A stretch of DNA of 64,000 nucleotides from a virus. This document shows positions 9,284-18,677 of this stretch, in pieces. The notes under the pieces are model-generated. The model did no database searches, was not told the origin of the DNA, and was given only the letters and a program-made list of their open reading frames with translations. The position numbers and the translations under genes are program-made. The stretch covers positions 214,014 through 278,013 of IMG/VR virus record IMGVR_UViG_3300028558_000016. One strand, written 5' to 3'. Numbering within the stretch: the stretch's first letter is position 1; each line of letters starts with the position of its first letter.

Positions 9284-9683
9284 GGGACCGAACGGTTTTG
9301 ACAGTAATCCCTTAGTGGGTAAGCACGTCGTGCCTTGTATGTGTAGCACGTTAAAGCAAACATTCACAATTTTGTAAACGGCAACGTAATTACAAACGAA
9401 GTTGGCTCAAAAGCTGACGTATTAGCAGTTTTAAAAACAGTTAAGGCTAAGCCTTCTGTTGCTCAAGTTGAAGAACTTGAGATTGCTTAATACCCTACGG
9501 GTTCACCGCAAACTCTTCAAACCTGAGAAAAGCATAAGACGCTAAGGTACAATCCGCGTGAATGCAAAGTTGATCTCGAACTCATCGAGGTTTAGTTTGA
9601 GGAATTATAAAAATTCCATCTAAACGTGTAGAAAATCTATTATTGTTTTTATTTGGACCCGGGTTCGAATCCCGGCGGTTCCA
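9284..9683 (+). ncRNA. tmRNA-like RNA (tRNA-like acceptor/T-arm closing a ~400-nt RNA)
   Basis: 5' GGGACCG (9284-9290) pairs with 3' CGGTTCC (9676-9682) in a 7-bp acceptor stem with one G-U; discriminator A 9683. T-arm CCGGG-TTCGAAT-CCCGG (9659-9675) preceded by GGAC. 5' GGTTTTGACAG resembles the tmRNA GGAUUCGACGG element. Internal ORF ...AVLKTVKAKPSVAQVEELEIA* ends TAA 9488-9490. Confidence 0.55.
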
Positions 9684-9892
9684 CTGAAGGTGAATCATAT
9701 TGGTTTACCTATTGAGTGCCTGTTACGTGACTTGAGAATTAATAGTTGCGTGGTGTAAGAAAACAGGATAAATGATAAATTCATGCTTACCGTAGACTGG
9801 ATGTTGAGTGGTTTACGCAACTATCAACCAGTCGAACACACATGAGTGACCTCGTTCGAAAACATTCAGCTCAATTGAATTTCGCCGTTAGT

Positions 9893-9978
9893 GTTTGTCC
9901 ATTCGTAAAATGGACTGGTGGATCAAGGTAACAACCTAACATGCCCAAGTTTGTCCAAACTTTAAATGGACTGGTGGA
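9893..9978 (+). repeat. two copies of a ~30-nt hairpin-containing direct repeat (GTTTGTCCA-N8-ATGGACTGGTGGA)
   Basis: 9893-9922 and 9949-9978; each has GTCCA/TGGAC inverted arms. Confidence 0.7.
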
Positions 9979-9998
9979 GGTGTATGCAAACGCCCTGT

Positions 9999-10032
9999 GG
10001 AAAATGGAACTTCGGTTCCATTTTCTGTTTTG
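9999..10032 (+). terminator. rho-independent terminator
   Basis: GGAAAATGGAAC-TTCG-GTTCCATTTTC perfect stem with UUCG tetraloop, then TGTTTTG. Confidence 0.8.
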
Positions 10033-10064
10033 AAACATATCATTAATCCTTTAATATAAAAGTC

Positions 10065-10706
10065 ATGCATGAAATCTTAATATCAAACGGAAAAATAACA
10101 AAGGACGGAAAGAAGATCGAAAGCATTTTTAGAATATTAACAAAGAGTGTTGAATTCCATAAAGATCTTACCGTATACGGATTATTTAAAGCATTGAAAC
10201 CTTTTTCAAAGGAAATCAATTTGGCATTTGCATCACAACTCGGTGGATTTGATTTTGATCTTTACATAACAGAAGCAGAAAAGAAATCCACCAAGGATGG
10301 TCATGGAGACTACATTGATTATTGTGAAGTTCATTGGAACGTGGATTACTCAAAAATAAAGAAGTATGAAGCTTTTTATTTATGGCCTGATTTCCATGGA
10401 TGCAAGAAAAGACAAAAGATGGGATATGGATTAGATTTCAGTCCAATCACAACATATAAGGATAAGCCAATCATATTGAATGAAACCTTAGACATCGGAC
10501 TCGTTCACATTGTAAATAAAAAAACAACGAGAACCCCAATATTGAACACAAAAAAACATTTCACGTTTTTTGAAGCCATTGGTGGATTTTTAAATGACAT
10601 TTCCTTTTATGGCCCACCTAAAACCAGAGATGAAAAAGGAAAAGAAATAATGGATGACACTGCATCGGAAAGAGCAATATTGATGGAGAAAAAGAAAAAG
10701 AAATAA
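10065..10706 (+). CDS. hypothetical protein
   Basis: 213-aa ORF. Confidence 0.55.
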   Translation: MHEILISNGKITKDGKKIESIFRILTKSVEFHKDLTVYGLFKALKPFSKEINLAFASQLGGFDFDLYITEAEKKSTKDGHGDYIDYCEVHWNVDYSKIKKYEAFYLWPDFHGCKKRQKMGYGLDFSPITTYKDKPIILNETLDIGLVHIVNKKTTRTPILNTKKHFTFFEAIGGFLNDISFYGPPKTRDEKGKEIMDDTASERAILMEKKKKK

Positions 10707-10707
10707 A

Positions 10708-10974
10708 ATGGAAAATATAACTGACAACCTGCTATCTGGATTAAGCGATGACTTAACTAAAGAAACGGAGCTTTTCCTTTTAAATAACATTGCTGACAAG
10801 AATACACAGCAAAAGATTATAGGATTAATAAACAAATCTTTTAACGAAGGAGCTCAAACTGCTCTTGAATTCTACGACAAGGCAAGAGAAGATTTTCAAA
10901 ATCAGGCATCATCCTTTCAAAAGGATTTCCACAATAAATTATTCGATGGACAAGATAAGCATGTTTCTGAGTAA
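10708..10974 (+). CDS. hypothetical protein
   Basis: 88-aa ORF immediately after upstream stop. Confidence 0.45.
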   Translation: MENITDNLLSGLSDDLTKETELFLLNNIADKNTQQKIIGLINKSFNEGAQTALEFYDKAREDFQNQASSFQKDFHNKLFDGQDKHVSE

Positions 10975-11314
10975 TCTTCCAAGAGTTTTAAATGACGATG
11001 GTGGTTTTGGATCTCCTCCAACTGAACTGGTCATACAAAATTCCATTAAATTCGTTAAGAGTCTTCCAGCATATTATCAAAGAATATTAGACCTTGAAGA
11101 TTGCATAACTGCAACAGGTCATGGAACAGTCACAATCGATTGGTATTATAAGAAACACTTCATCTCAGTTGAGATAGGGAACACATTAATTGGATGGTTT
11201 TCAGACCTTCCCGATGGTATAAATACCTCATCTTCAGGTGTTCCTATAAATGACTCCCCGCCTACTGAAATCATATCAGGTCTTAATAAGATCTATTCAC
11301 GTAAAGAAGTCTAA
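10961..11314 (+). CDS. hypothetical protein
   Basis: Track ORF 10865; start placed at ATG 10961 (or 10946) to limit overlap with upstream gene. Confidence 0.45.
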   Translation: MFLSNLPRVLNDDGGFGSPPTELVIQNSIKFVKSLPAYYQRILDLEDCITATGHGTVTIDWYYKKHFISVEIGNTLIGWFSDLPDGINTSSSGVPINDSPPTEIISGLNKIYSRKEV

Positions 11315-11378
11315 AACATTTATTTTTTTATTATCATTTTTGTTAGTATTTTTACATCCGTGAAAATACTGAAAGAAA

Positions 11379-11738
11379 ATGAAGAAAACACCGCCAAATG
11401 AGTTCAGATCTAAGGATCTGCCACTGCCAAATACCGACGAAATGGGAATGCTTGGAATATTTAGAATTCCATTCAATGGCGAGACATTCACTGTCGTTAT
11501 CAATGATGACAGATATGACAAGAAATGGGAACACGTTTCCGTTAGCCTGATGCACAGATGTCCAACCTGGGAAGAAATGTGCCACATCAAATCCCTCTTT
11601 TTTGAAGAGGAAGAAACTGTAGTTCAATTCCATCCAAAGAAATCACAGTATAAAAACGCTCATCCTTTTTGTTTGCACATGTGGAGAGACACCACAAAGG
11701 AGTATGAGCTTCCACCATCAATATACGTCGCATTATGA
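11379..11738 (+). CDS. hypothetical protein
   Basis: 119-aa ORF. Confidence 0.5.
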   Translation: MKKTPPNEFRSKDLPLPNTDEMGMLGIFRIPFNGETFTVVINDDRYDKKWEHVSVSLMHRCPTWEEMCHIKSLFFEEEETVVQFHPKKSQYKNAHPFCLHMWRDTTKEYELPPSIYVAL

Positions 11739-12403
11739 GAAGAAAACACATCATCAACACGTTCGCACGTAAAGCGGAAAAGAATTGGGACACTCTTTAT
11801 TGGGCTGTCGACATTCACGACACCTGCATAAAAGCAAATTATAAAGCTGGAGACATTCCAACTGAATTTTTTCCAGGTGCAAAAGAAGCATTAATAAAAA
11901 TAGCAAGCAGACCAGACTGTTGTCTTATATTATTCACATGTTCTCATCCGCATGAGATTGAAAAATATTTGGACTATTTCAAATCTCATGGAGTTAGATT
12001 CAAACACGTAAACAAAAATCCAGAAGCTGAGAATACTGCATTTGGTTTCTTTGAACACAAGTTTTATACCAACTTCATACTTGATGACAAAGCAGGTTTT
12101 GACCCGAAAGAAGATTGGGACATGATATTGAATGCATTGGAAGAAGTTGAATACATGGAAAGCACAACTCCAGAAGAAAGAGCCGCTCACAAGAAAACAG
12201 AAGAACGTCTTCCATACATATTTTCATTTACAGCCACGGCCGGAATTTTATTAGGATGCCTTTTAGGAATATGGACGCATTGGACACTTGGTGCTTTATT
12301 TTGTATTGCATCATTTGTGTTTAACACAATATATTTTTCCAAAAAAACAGATAGTGCACCTCTTAAATATCACACACCAGCATTTAAAAATAAATACCGA
12401 TGA
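11735..12403 (+). CDS. hypothetical protein with C-terminal TM anchor
   Basis: 222 aa; ATGA overlap; C-terminal hydrophobic helix. Confidence 0.5.
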   Translation: MRRKHIINTFARKAEKNWDTLYWAVDIHDTCIKANYKAGDIPTEFFPGAKEALIKIASRPDCCLILFTCSHPHEIEKYLDYFKSHGVRFKHVNKNPEAENTAFGFFEHKFYTNFILDDKAGFDPKEDWDMILNALEEVEYMESTTPEERAAHKKTEERLPYIFSFTATAGILLGCLLGIWTHWTLGALFCIASFVFNTIYFSKKTDSAPLKYHTPAFKNKYR

Positions 12404-12762
12404 AAACAATAGAAGCAGCAAAAGCTTTATTTGTGTTAGAAGCAATTAAAGCTGGAAACTTTAAACCAGTTTCCTATTTTACTTATCCAACCGGAACTGT
12501 TGGAAGCTCTTACATATTTGAGCAAAACTCTACTCCTGGTTTTCCAAGAGATGAAGAAGAGCAAAAATTATATGTCGCTGTTGAAAAAGCATTCGACGAT
12601 GTTTCTTCTAAATTAAACATATCAAAAGATAACAAGACCGCCATCAAGATCTCAATTGAAGGAATTGATGAACCTGTTTATCTTTCAACTTATGATTGGC
12701 GTCATGCCATTTGTATGGAGATTGCATCCAATAGAGGTGGAAAAGAAATTGAAATAAAATAA
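12400..12762 (+). CDS. hypothetical protein
   Basis: 120-aa ORF, ATGA overlap. Confidence 0.5.
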   Translation: MKTIEAAKALFVLEAIKAGNFKPVSYFTYPTGTVGSSYIFEQNSTPGFPRDEEEQKLYVAVEKAFDDVSSKLNISKDNKTAIKISIEGIDEPVYLSTYDWRHAICMEIASNRGGKEIEIK

Positions 12763-12772
12763 AAAAACCAAA

Positions 12773-13150
12773 ATGAAAAAAGTAGCAACAAAAGTCGCAA
12801 TCCTCGCCATGATAGTCATGATGACAGGATGCGCAAAGACGTGTAACAGAGTAACCGCAAACGGTTCCATAATAGGAGCAACTGACGGTGATTGGATAGT
12901 TGTAACATACAGCGGAAACAACATCACTGATGTATGGAAGATGTCTAACGTGATGGTCCAATCTGAAGATCATAGCGATGGGTGGTTATTTGTCGATGAT
13001 CATGGAAATGCTATTCATGTTGGTGGAAATACAAAAGCCATAAGAGTGAATGATAAGACCGGAGCACAATGGGACAAATACGTTGAATATCATTCTGAGT
13101 TCTCTAAAGTTGCATACCAACATTATGCAGATTCATTGTTGAAGAAATAA
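12773..13150 (+). CDS. putative lipoprotein
   Basis: Signal peptide ending in lipobox MMTGC. Confidence 0.55.
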   Translation: MKKVATKVAILAMIVMMTGCAKTCNRVTANGSIIGATDGDWIVVTYSGNNITDVWKMSNVMVQSEDHSDGWLFVDDHGNAIHVGGNTKAIRVNDKTGAQWDKYVEYHSEFSKVAYQHYADSLLKK

Positions 13151-13350
13151 TGAAAGAAAAAGAAGCATTCATAAAAGCATTGGATGGTTTATTCCATTAT
13201 TGGGGTGGAGACACTCCGCCTGAAGTGTATTGGGGTGCTAATGATATGTTGGATTGGTATGAGAAAGAATATTCAGTAAAGTTGAACATTCGCTTCGATG
13301 AAGAGAATCATAATTACGATGAAGTAGTTGAAGCAATAAGAAAGAGCTAA
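13150..13350 (+). CDS. hypothetical protein
   Basis: 66 aa. Confidence 0.4.
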   Translation: MKEKEAFIKALDGLFHYWGGDTPPEVYWGANDMLDWYEKEYSVKLNIRFDEENHNYDEVVEAIRKS

Positions 13351-13634
13351 TGGAAAAGAAAAAGAAAAAGACGTGGGAAGAAGTTGTCGGCGACCCGTTC
13401 AAACAGGTTGAAGAAAGCACGAGCCTTGAATATTTAACTCAGATGAGCAAATTCGTTGGAATGGATATTGAAAACATCAATAACGATGTCAATAAGTCAA
13501 TAGACATACAAGGATGGAAACTCACTGAGGAAGAGTATCAAGCAAAGAAGAAGAAAAGACTTGAATGGTTCAATGAATTTAAAACAAGGATAGAAAACAG
13601 AATAACTAAATTGAAAACAAATGAAAACAGTTAA
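13350..13634 (+). CDS. hypothetical protein
   Basis: 94 aa. Confidence 0.4.
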   Translation: MEKKKKKTWEEVVGDPFKQVEESTSLEYLTQMSKFVGMDIENINNDVNKSIDIQGWKLTEEEYQAKKKKRLEWFNEFKTRIENRITKLKTNENS

Positions 13635-13803
13635 ATGGATTGTAATCACAATGATCTTAATGGTCATTGCTTACGCAGTAATTCACGCGGTATTAGTATT
13701 TGCATGGATGCTTCAAATTGGAGTTATGGCAATGGCAGTTGTGGCCATCGTCATGTTATATTTCAAAGGAAAAAAATGGTTAAAAGGCGGTAACCAGAAA
13801 TAA
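13621..13803 (+). CDS. small membrane protein
   Basis: 60 aa, two hydrophobic helices. Confidence 0.4.
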   Translation: MKTVKWIVITMILMVIAYAVIHAVLVFAWMLQIGVMAMAVVAIVMLYFKGKKWLKGGNQK

Positions 13804-13828
13804 TCGCCAACAATAATAAAATAATAAT

Positions 13829-14305
13829 ATGAAAAAAGTAGGTTTACTAATTGCCCTTGTAGCATGTACAATGGGTTCGTTTGCACAAAAGGATAGCACT
13901 AAGTCCAAAGGATTAGACATGTATCTCGGAGGATCACTTTCCACTTCAACCGGAAATAATTTTAATCAGAACTCTTATGCCGGTGTTGAACTTGGCGTTT
14001 GTGCTAAGAACATGATGTTTGGTTATGCAACAGGCCGTGGAAATCTTGATTTCACTTCTGACATGACACAAAACTATTGGGGAGAATTAAAAGCTTATGC
14101 CTGTTTACCAATTGGTTCGGTTAAAGCATTTATTCTCGGTGGTTGGGGACAATATTACACATCAACACATAGCTTCATTGAATATGGAATTGGTGCATCA
14201 TACAGCGTAAAGAAGATTGATCTCTCTGTCACCGTTAGCAATTGGGATGGAGTTGTTTACATCTCTCCTGGATTGTGTTGGAACTTCCATGTAGGAAAGA
14301 AATAA
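13829..14305 (+). CDS. secreted protein (signal peptide)
   Basis: MKKVGLLIALVACTMGSFAQ signal peptide; G/Y/S-rich. Confidence 0.5.
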   Translation: MKKVGLLIALVACTMGSFAQKDSTKSKGLDMYLGGSLSTSTGNNFNQNSYAGVELGVCAKNMMFGYATGRGNLDFTSDMTQNYWGELKAYACLPIGSVKAFILGGWGQYYTSTHSFIEYGIGASYSVKKIDLSVTVSNWDGVVYISPGLCWNFHVGKK

Positions 14306-14309
14306 AATA

Positions 14310-14759
14310 ATGAGCACAAGCAGAGACATAATATTCTTTTCCAAAGATAAGAATCCAACCATTGAAAAAATGCTCAGATTTTCTGAGAGTCTTTTCGATC
14401 CTGGAAAACCTCACACTAAATTCGTGTTTGACAAAAACTTATTCTCTTATTCAAGAGAAGATGTTTGGGTTCCGACCAAAGGTGCGGATTTTAAATATTT
14501 TGGAATGCACAACGTTCCAGAAAAATTTAAAGGTCTCAAATCATTCATATACATAGGTTCATCAAACACTGTGTACGAGGATAATGGAAAAAGATATTTT
14601 TACAACTATCCATACTTTGCCAAGTTAATGGAACATATCAAAGATGATGACGTAAGCGAGATTTATCTCTTTTGCAAAATCAATGATCGTTCTGCAAGAC
14701 CAGCTTGGATGAAAGAATGGAAAGGTAAATTTTTAAGAACACCAAAATATCTTGACTAA
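14310..14759 (+). CDS. hypothetical protein
   Basis: 149 aa. Confidence 0.5.
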   Translation: MSTSRDIIFFSKDKNPTIEKMLRFSESLFDPGKPHTKFVFDKNLFSYSREDVWVPTKGADFKYFGMHNVPEKFKGLKSFIYIGSSNTVYEDNGKRYFYNYPYFAKLMEHIKDDDVSEIYLFCKINDRSARPAWMKEWKGKFLRTPKYLD

Positions 14760-15094
14760 TGACTGAGGAACAAAAACAACAATATGATGAGTGGTTCAAT
14801 TCACGTCCAAAGGTTATACAGGATTTGATTTTAAAATATCCTCACGACAAACAATATAGGATGACGAAGGATGCTCCTTATAGCATCTCATGTCCTGGAA
14901 CAAAGGTGAGCATTCATTCTTATATGGAAAATGGCAACATAGGAGTTGTTGTTATGGCTGAAGAGAAGATGGCCGAGGCAAAGCTGCATGAGATGGAATT
15001 AAGTGCTCAATACGGAAAGAACTACGACAAAATAACAAAACAAAATGTTAAGGTGGAAATAAACCCAATATATTTAGAAGAAATAAAACCATGA
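14759..15094 (+). CDS. hypothetical protein
   Basis: 111 aa. Confidence 0.45.
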   Translation: MTEEQKQQYDEWFNSRPKVIQDLILKYPHDKQYRMTKDAPYSISCPGTKVSIHSYMENGNIGVVVMAEEKMAEAKLHEMELSAQYGKNYDKITKQNVKVEINPIYLEEIKP

Positions 15095-15360
15095 AAGACG
15101 CGATAAAAGCTTTCTTAGAAAGCGACGAACAAAGCATTGAATTGGAATTCAAACCAATCAATGAATATGCTGAGATGCTATCTGAATTAGGATTCAATAC
15201 CAAAGAAAACGGATCTCTCAACTTATGTAATGAAGGAGGAAATGATTGGGATTCTAATGGTTGGCAGGTTGATTTCTGGTGGACCATTCACAGAGATGGA
15301 AAGAAATATACCTTAGCTGGTTCTTTGTTTTATGGACAAATTAAACTTTCAAAAGGATAG
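15091..15360 (+). CDS. hypothetical protein
   Basis: 89 aa. Confidence 0.45.
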   Translation: MKDAIKAFLESDEQSIELEFKPINEYAEMLSELGFNTKENGSLNLCNEGGNDWDSNGWQVDFWWTIHRDGKKYTLAGSLFYGQIKLSKG

Positions 15361-15608
15361 TGTTTTTCCAGATCTACATATTCTTTTTACAAATACGGAA
15401 TCTTTTTCCGTATTACACAGGTCCTACACTTATTCGTTGCATTAATAATGAACATTATGGTAAACAAATTTATAAACTTACAGTTGGAAAAGATTACAAG
15501 TCTGAACGTCGCGATAGAATATCCTATTACGTGAAAGACGACGACGGTGTTTTGCAAGAGATAGTAAAGACTAATTTTGTTTTAATAAAAAAAGTTAAAT
15601 AATTAATT

Positions 15609-16724
15609 ATGTGGTCAGACAGAGACTTAAAAGGTCCATTTTTAAAATATCGTGACATCCTTACAAAGTATGGATGCAGCGATGAAGACATTGCTAAACT
15701 TCAATCAATGTGGAATGAACCACACAGAGTTTATCACAACCAAGAACATCTTGATGAGATTATCTCATTAATAGAAAATTGGAAATCTCCAACCATCATT
15801 GATGGCAAAATGACTGAGACTGAATTCGATCTATTTATTCTTACTGCAATCTTCCATGATGCGATATATGATCCAAGAGCTAAATCTGGCGAGAATGAAT
15901 TAAATTCTGCTGAGTTATTTTTAAAGATGTGTCCAAAAGCAGCTGAGAGCGAATTGAACCCGCAAGGAAATCCATATAAATCCGTTTCAGATTTCGTATA
16001 TGGAATGATACTCGATACGAAAGACCACACACAAGAACCTTCATCAACATATTCAAGAGTATTCTTAGAATATGACTTGCATGGCATGATTAATGGAAGC
16101 TTATCGAGAATGATCTCTGATGAAGCAAAGATAATGCGCGAATATGGTTTCGTCGATTATGAAACTTACCATAATGTTAGAGGAACACAATTCTTGGAAA
16201 AGTTTGCCCCTCATATAAAGAAGCTAAATCCAAACTCAAAGGTGGAAGAGTATCTTGATTGGTATAAGAACAGAACTCCTAATATAGCGATATTTGCTGG
16301 AAGCTTTTATCCATTTCACAAAGGACACTTGGACATTCTGAAGAGAGCTGAAAGAATATTCGATAAGGTTATTGTGTTATTGTGCGTTAATCCCGGAAAG
16401 AATAACAACAGCGAACATGTTAAAGGATATATCATTAATGAATTAAGAGGAAAGCTTCCTAATAATCAGATTGAATTTTTCGATGGGATGTTACATAACT
16501 ACATAAAGAAATTAAGCTATCCAGTTTCCATAGTTAAAGGATTAAGGAATGCAAGCGATTTTGATTCTGAGAAATTACAATTAAGATATATGGAAGACAT
16601 GTGCCCTGACATAAATATAGTTTATATTGTGTCTGACAGAAAATATGAACACATTTCTTCTTCTGGCATTAAGCAAATACAAAGCATGGGAGCATTAAGT
16701 GAAGCTAAAGAATATTTAATATGA
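15609..16724 (+). CDS. HD-domain phosphohydrolase fused to HxGH cytidylyltransferase-family nucleotidyltransferase (NMNAT/PPAT-like)
   Basis: N-part: H..H (YHNQEHL) and HD (FHDAIYDP) motifs. C-part: FAGSFYPFHKGHLDILKRA...VNPGKN, typical CoaD/NMNAT signature. Confidence 0.65.
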   Translation: MWSDRDLKGPFLKYRDILTKYGCSDEDIAKLQSMWNEPHRVYHNQEHLDEIISLIENWKSPTIIDGKMTETEFDLFILTAIFHDAIYDPRAKSGENELNSAELFLKMCPKAAESELNPQGNPYKSVSDFVYGMILDTKDHTQEPSSTYSRVFLEYDLHGMINGSLSRMISDEAKIMREYGFVDYETYHNVRGTQFLEKFAPHIKKLNPNSKVEEYLDWYKNRTPNIAIFAGSFYPFHKGHLDILKRAERIFDKVIVLLCVNPGKNNNSEHVKGYIINELRGKLPNNQIEFFDGMLHNYIKKLSYPVSIVKGLRNASDFDSEKLQLRYMEDMCPDINIVYIVSDRKYEHISSSGIKQIQSMGALSEAKEYLI

Positions 16725-17131
16725 ACAACGCAGAATTCAGAGCATGGGACATACGCAACAAGAAGATGGTGTATGACGCTCTTAAAACTTCTCCAACAGG
16801 TCAACTTGTAACCGTTAATGAAGAACACTTCAACAGTCCGTTCTCTTTCTTTGATGGTTGTGTTTGGATGCAATACACAACAATGAATGACAAAGAGAAA
16901 AATAAAATCTTTGACGGAGACGTTATAGAATTGGATAAAGAATGGGCAGAAAGCATTGGAGCATCCAGGACTAAATGCTTGGTTGGTTTCAAAGATGGTT
17001 CATTCATGTTTGCACGAGGAGATGATCCTAATCACATGGATTCTTATTTATGGATCTCAAACAGGCATTGCAAAGTTATCGGTAACATTCATGCCAATCC
17101 AACAATACTCGAAACTATTTCTTTGTCATGA
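16721..17131 (+). CDS. hypothetical protein
   Basis: 136 aa. Confidence 0.45.
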   Translation: MNNAEFRAWDIRNKKMVYDALKTSPTGQLVTVNEEHFNSPFSFFDGCVWMQYTTMNDKEKNKIFDGDVIELDKEWAESIGASRTKCLVGFKDGSFMFARGDDPNHMDSYLWISNRHCKVIGNIHANPTILETISLS

Positions 17132-17508
17132 TTCCGCAAACAGAAAGAAAAAGAATACCACCTCTTCCTCCATCATTGTCAATAGGAATTGATGAAGAAG
17201 GAATGTATCTTTCTGATGTGCAAGAATTTTACAATAGGCTTTGCAAGAAATATAGAACTTTATCTGTGAAAGCATACTTAGTTCACAATGATGAAGAAAG
17301 CACCAAACTCACTGGACAAGCATTCAGAAAATTAGATTACAAAGGATTGTACATTGAATGGCCATTCAGAAAGATTTTCTTAAACGCAAACAACTTTACA
17401 ATAAGAACTGTTTATCACGAAATATTTCATCATTTGAATCCTAATTTAAGAGATGGTGAAAAATTTGAACGGCTATTAGATAAATTCATGATAGAAGAAT
17501 ATCTATAA
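17128..17508 (+). CDS. hypothetical protein with HExxH (YHEIFHH)
   Basis: 126 aa; possible mini zinc-metallopeptidase motif, weak. Confidence 0.4.
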   Translation: MIPQTERKRIPPLPPSLSIGIDEEGMYLSDVQEFYNRLCKKYRTLSVKAYLVHNDEESTKLTGQAFRKLDYKGLYIEWPFRKIFLNANNFTIRTVYHEIFHHLNPNLRDGEKFERLLDKFMIEEYL

Positions 17509-17531
17509 AGTTATTATCTTTCTATTATCAG

Positions 17532-17566
17532 AAGGCATTCGCAAACACGAATGCCTTTTTTGTTGA
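17532..17566 (+). terminator. rho-independent terminator
   Basis: AAGGCATTCG-CAAACA-CGAATGCCTT followed by TTTTGTTG. Confidence 0.75.
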
Positions 17567-17624
17567 AATAATTCTAAAAAAATTTTGAAAAAATTATTTT
17601 TCTGTTGAAGAAAAAAAATTACAT

Positions 17625-17954
17625 TTGTTAAGAAACAATTTTACTGATAAAAAATCTATGTTCGGTCAAGAAGAAAATAAGCAGTTGACATTTGGCGGTT
17701 ATCCGGTTACGTTAAGAGTTGTTGGCGATGATGTCTTAGTAAATTGCAAAAATGTAACAGGTGCTTACTCGCAAGCGAGAGCATTTGTAAAGAATCAAAG
17801 TCCAACAAACATCTATCCGTGGGGAATTAAAACAACGAAGCCAGCTTTTCTTGAATACATCCCTGGAGGCAATGTGAACATCGCATGTCTTGAAGACACA
17901 AAGGCGAAATTCATGGAGCTCTATGATGAATGCGAAAGGTTGCTCGGTAAATAA
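17625..17954 (+). CDS. hypothetical protein
   Basis: 109 aa; true start may be internal ATG 17659; TAcaTTTG motif at 17611-17618. Confidence 0.45.
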   Translation: MLRNNFTDKKSMFGQEENKQLTFGGYPVTLRVVGDDVLVNCKNVTGAYSQARAFVKNQSPTNIYPWGIKTTKPAFLEYIPGGNVNIACLEDTKAKFMELYDECERLLGK

Positions 17955-17999
17955 TTCCATTTTAAATCAATAAATAATAACCATAAAAACAAAAAACAA

Positions 18000-18635
18000 A
18001 TGTCAACAACAGGAAAAGGTGCTAAAAAAGGCACATCAAACACAGAATTAATCATCGGCTCAGCAGTTGGTGAATTAAAAAAAGTAATTGCTTCAGTAGA
18101 ATCTGCTACCGAAAAAATCGCAGCCCTTGCAGAAGAAGCTGAAAAACAACAAGGCATCATCGCTCAACGCGAAGACCAAATTAAAGAACTTGACGTCACG
18201 TTTGCAGAAACAAAACGTCAAAAAGAAGTTCAAATGGCTGTTGAGTTAAAAGAAAACGAAAAGAAAACCGTTGATGGTATTCTTGAAAAACAAAGCCTTG
18301 TTGCAGTGGACAAAGCTTCTTACGCTAAATTCACATCGGATTTGGAAACAATTAAAGCCGATGCTTCAAAAGACGCACAAAAAGAAATTCACGCCGCTAC
18401 CGGTTCGATGAAGAAACAACACGAAAACGAAATTGCTTTAATGAAAGCCGGTTTTGAAAAAGACCAGGCATCAACTACCGCGCAACTTGCACAAACTGCA
18501 GAACAAATCAAGTTCTTACAAGAACAGGTTAACATGTGGAAAGGTGCTCTTGATGCAGAACGTTCTGCAGGTGTTGAACGCGCTAAAGCAAGTTCAATCG
18601 GTACAGTTTCCATCACTGGTGCAGGTAAAAACTAA
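18000..18635 (+). CDS. Ala/Gln/Glu-rich coiled-coil protein (scaffold-like composition)
   Basis: 211 aa; CGN arginine codons unlike flanking genes. Confidence 0.6.
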   Translation: MSTTGKGAKKGTSNTELIIGSAVGELKKVIASVESATEKIAALAEEAEKQQGIIAQREDQIKELDVTFAETKRQKEVQMAVELKENEKKTVDGILEKQSLVAVDKASYAKFTSDLETIKADASKDAQKEIHAATGSMKKQHENEIALMKAGFEKDQASTTAQLAQTAEQIKFLQEQVNMWKGALDAERSAGVERAKASSIGTVSITGAGKN

Positions 18636-18677
18636 AAATCGACAGTAACTTAATATAAACCTAAAAACAAAATCAAA

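Noticed and set aside
9284-9683. Alternative reading as a tRNA gene interrupted by a ~330-nt group I intron
   Set aside because: No recognisable D-arm immediately after the acceptor 5' strand and no group I P/Q/R/S consensus elements. The 5' GGUUUUGACAG element and the size fit tmRNA better. Kept as the alternative hypothesis.
11297-13420. Minus-strand ORFs 11297..11590, 11352..11633, 11587..11793, 11930..12190, 12644..12973, 13238..13420
   Set aside because: Embedded antisense to a continuous run of ATGA/TAATG-linked + strand genes.
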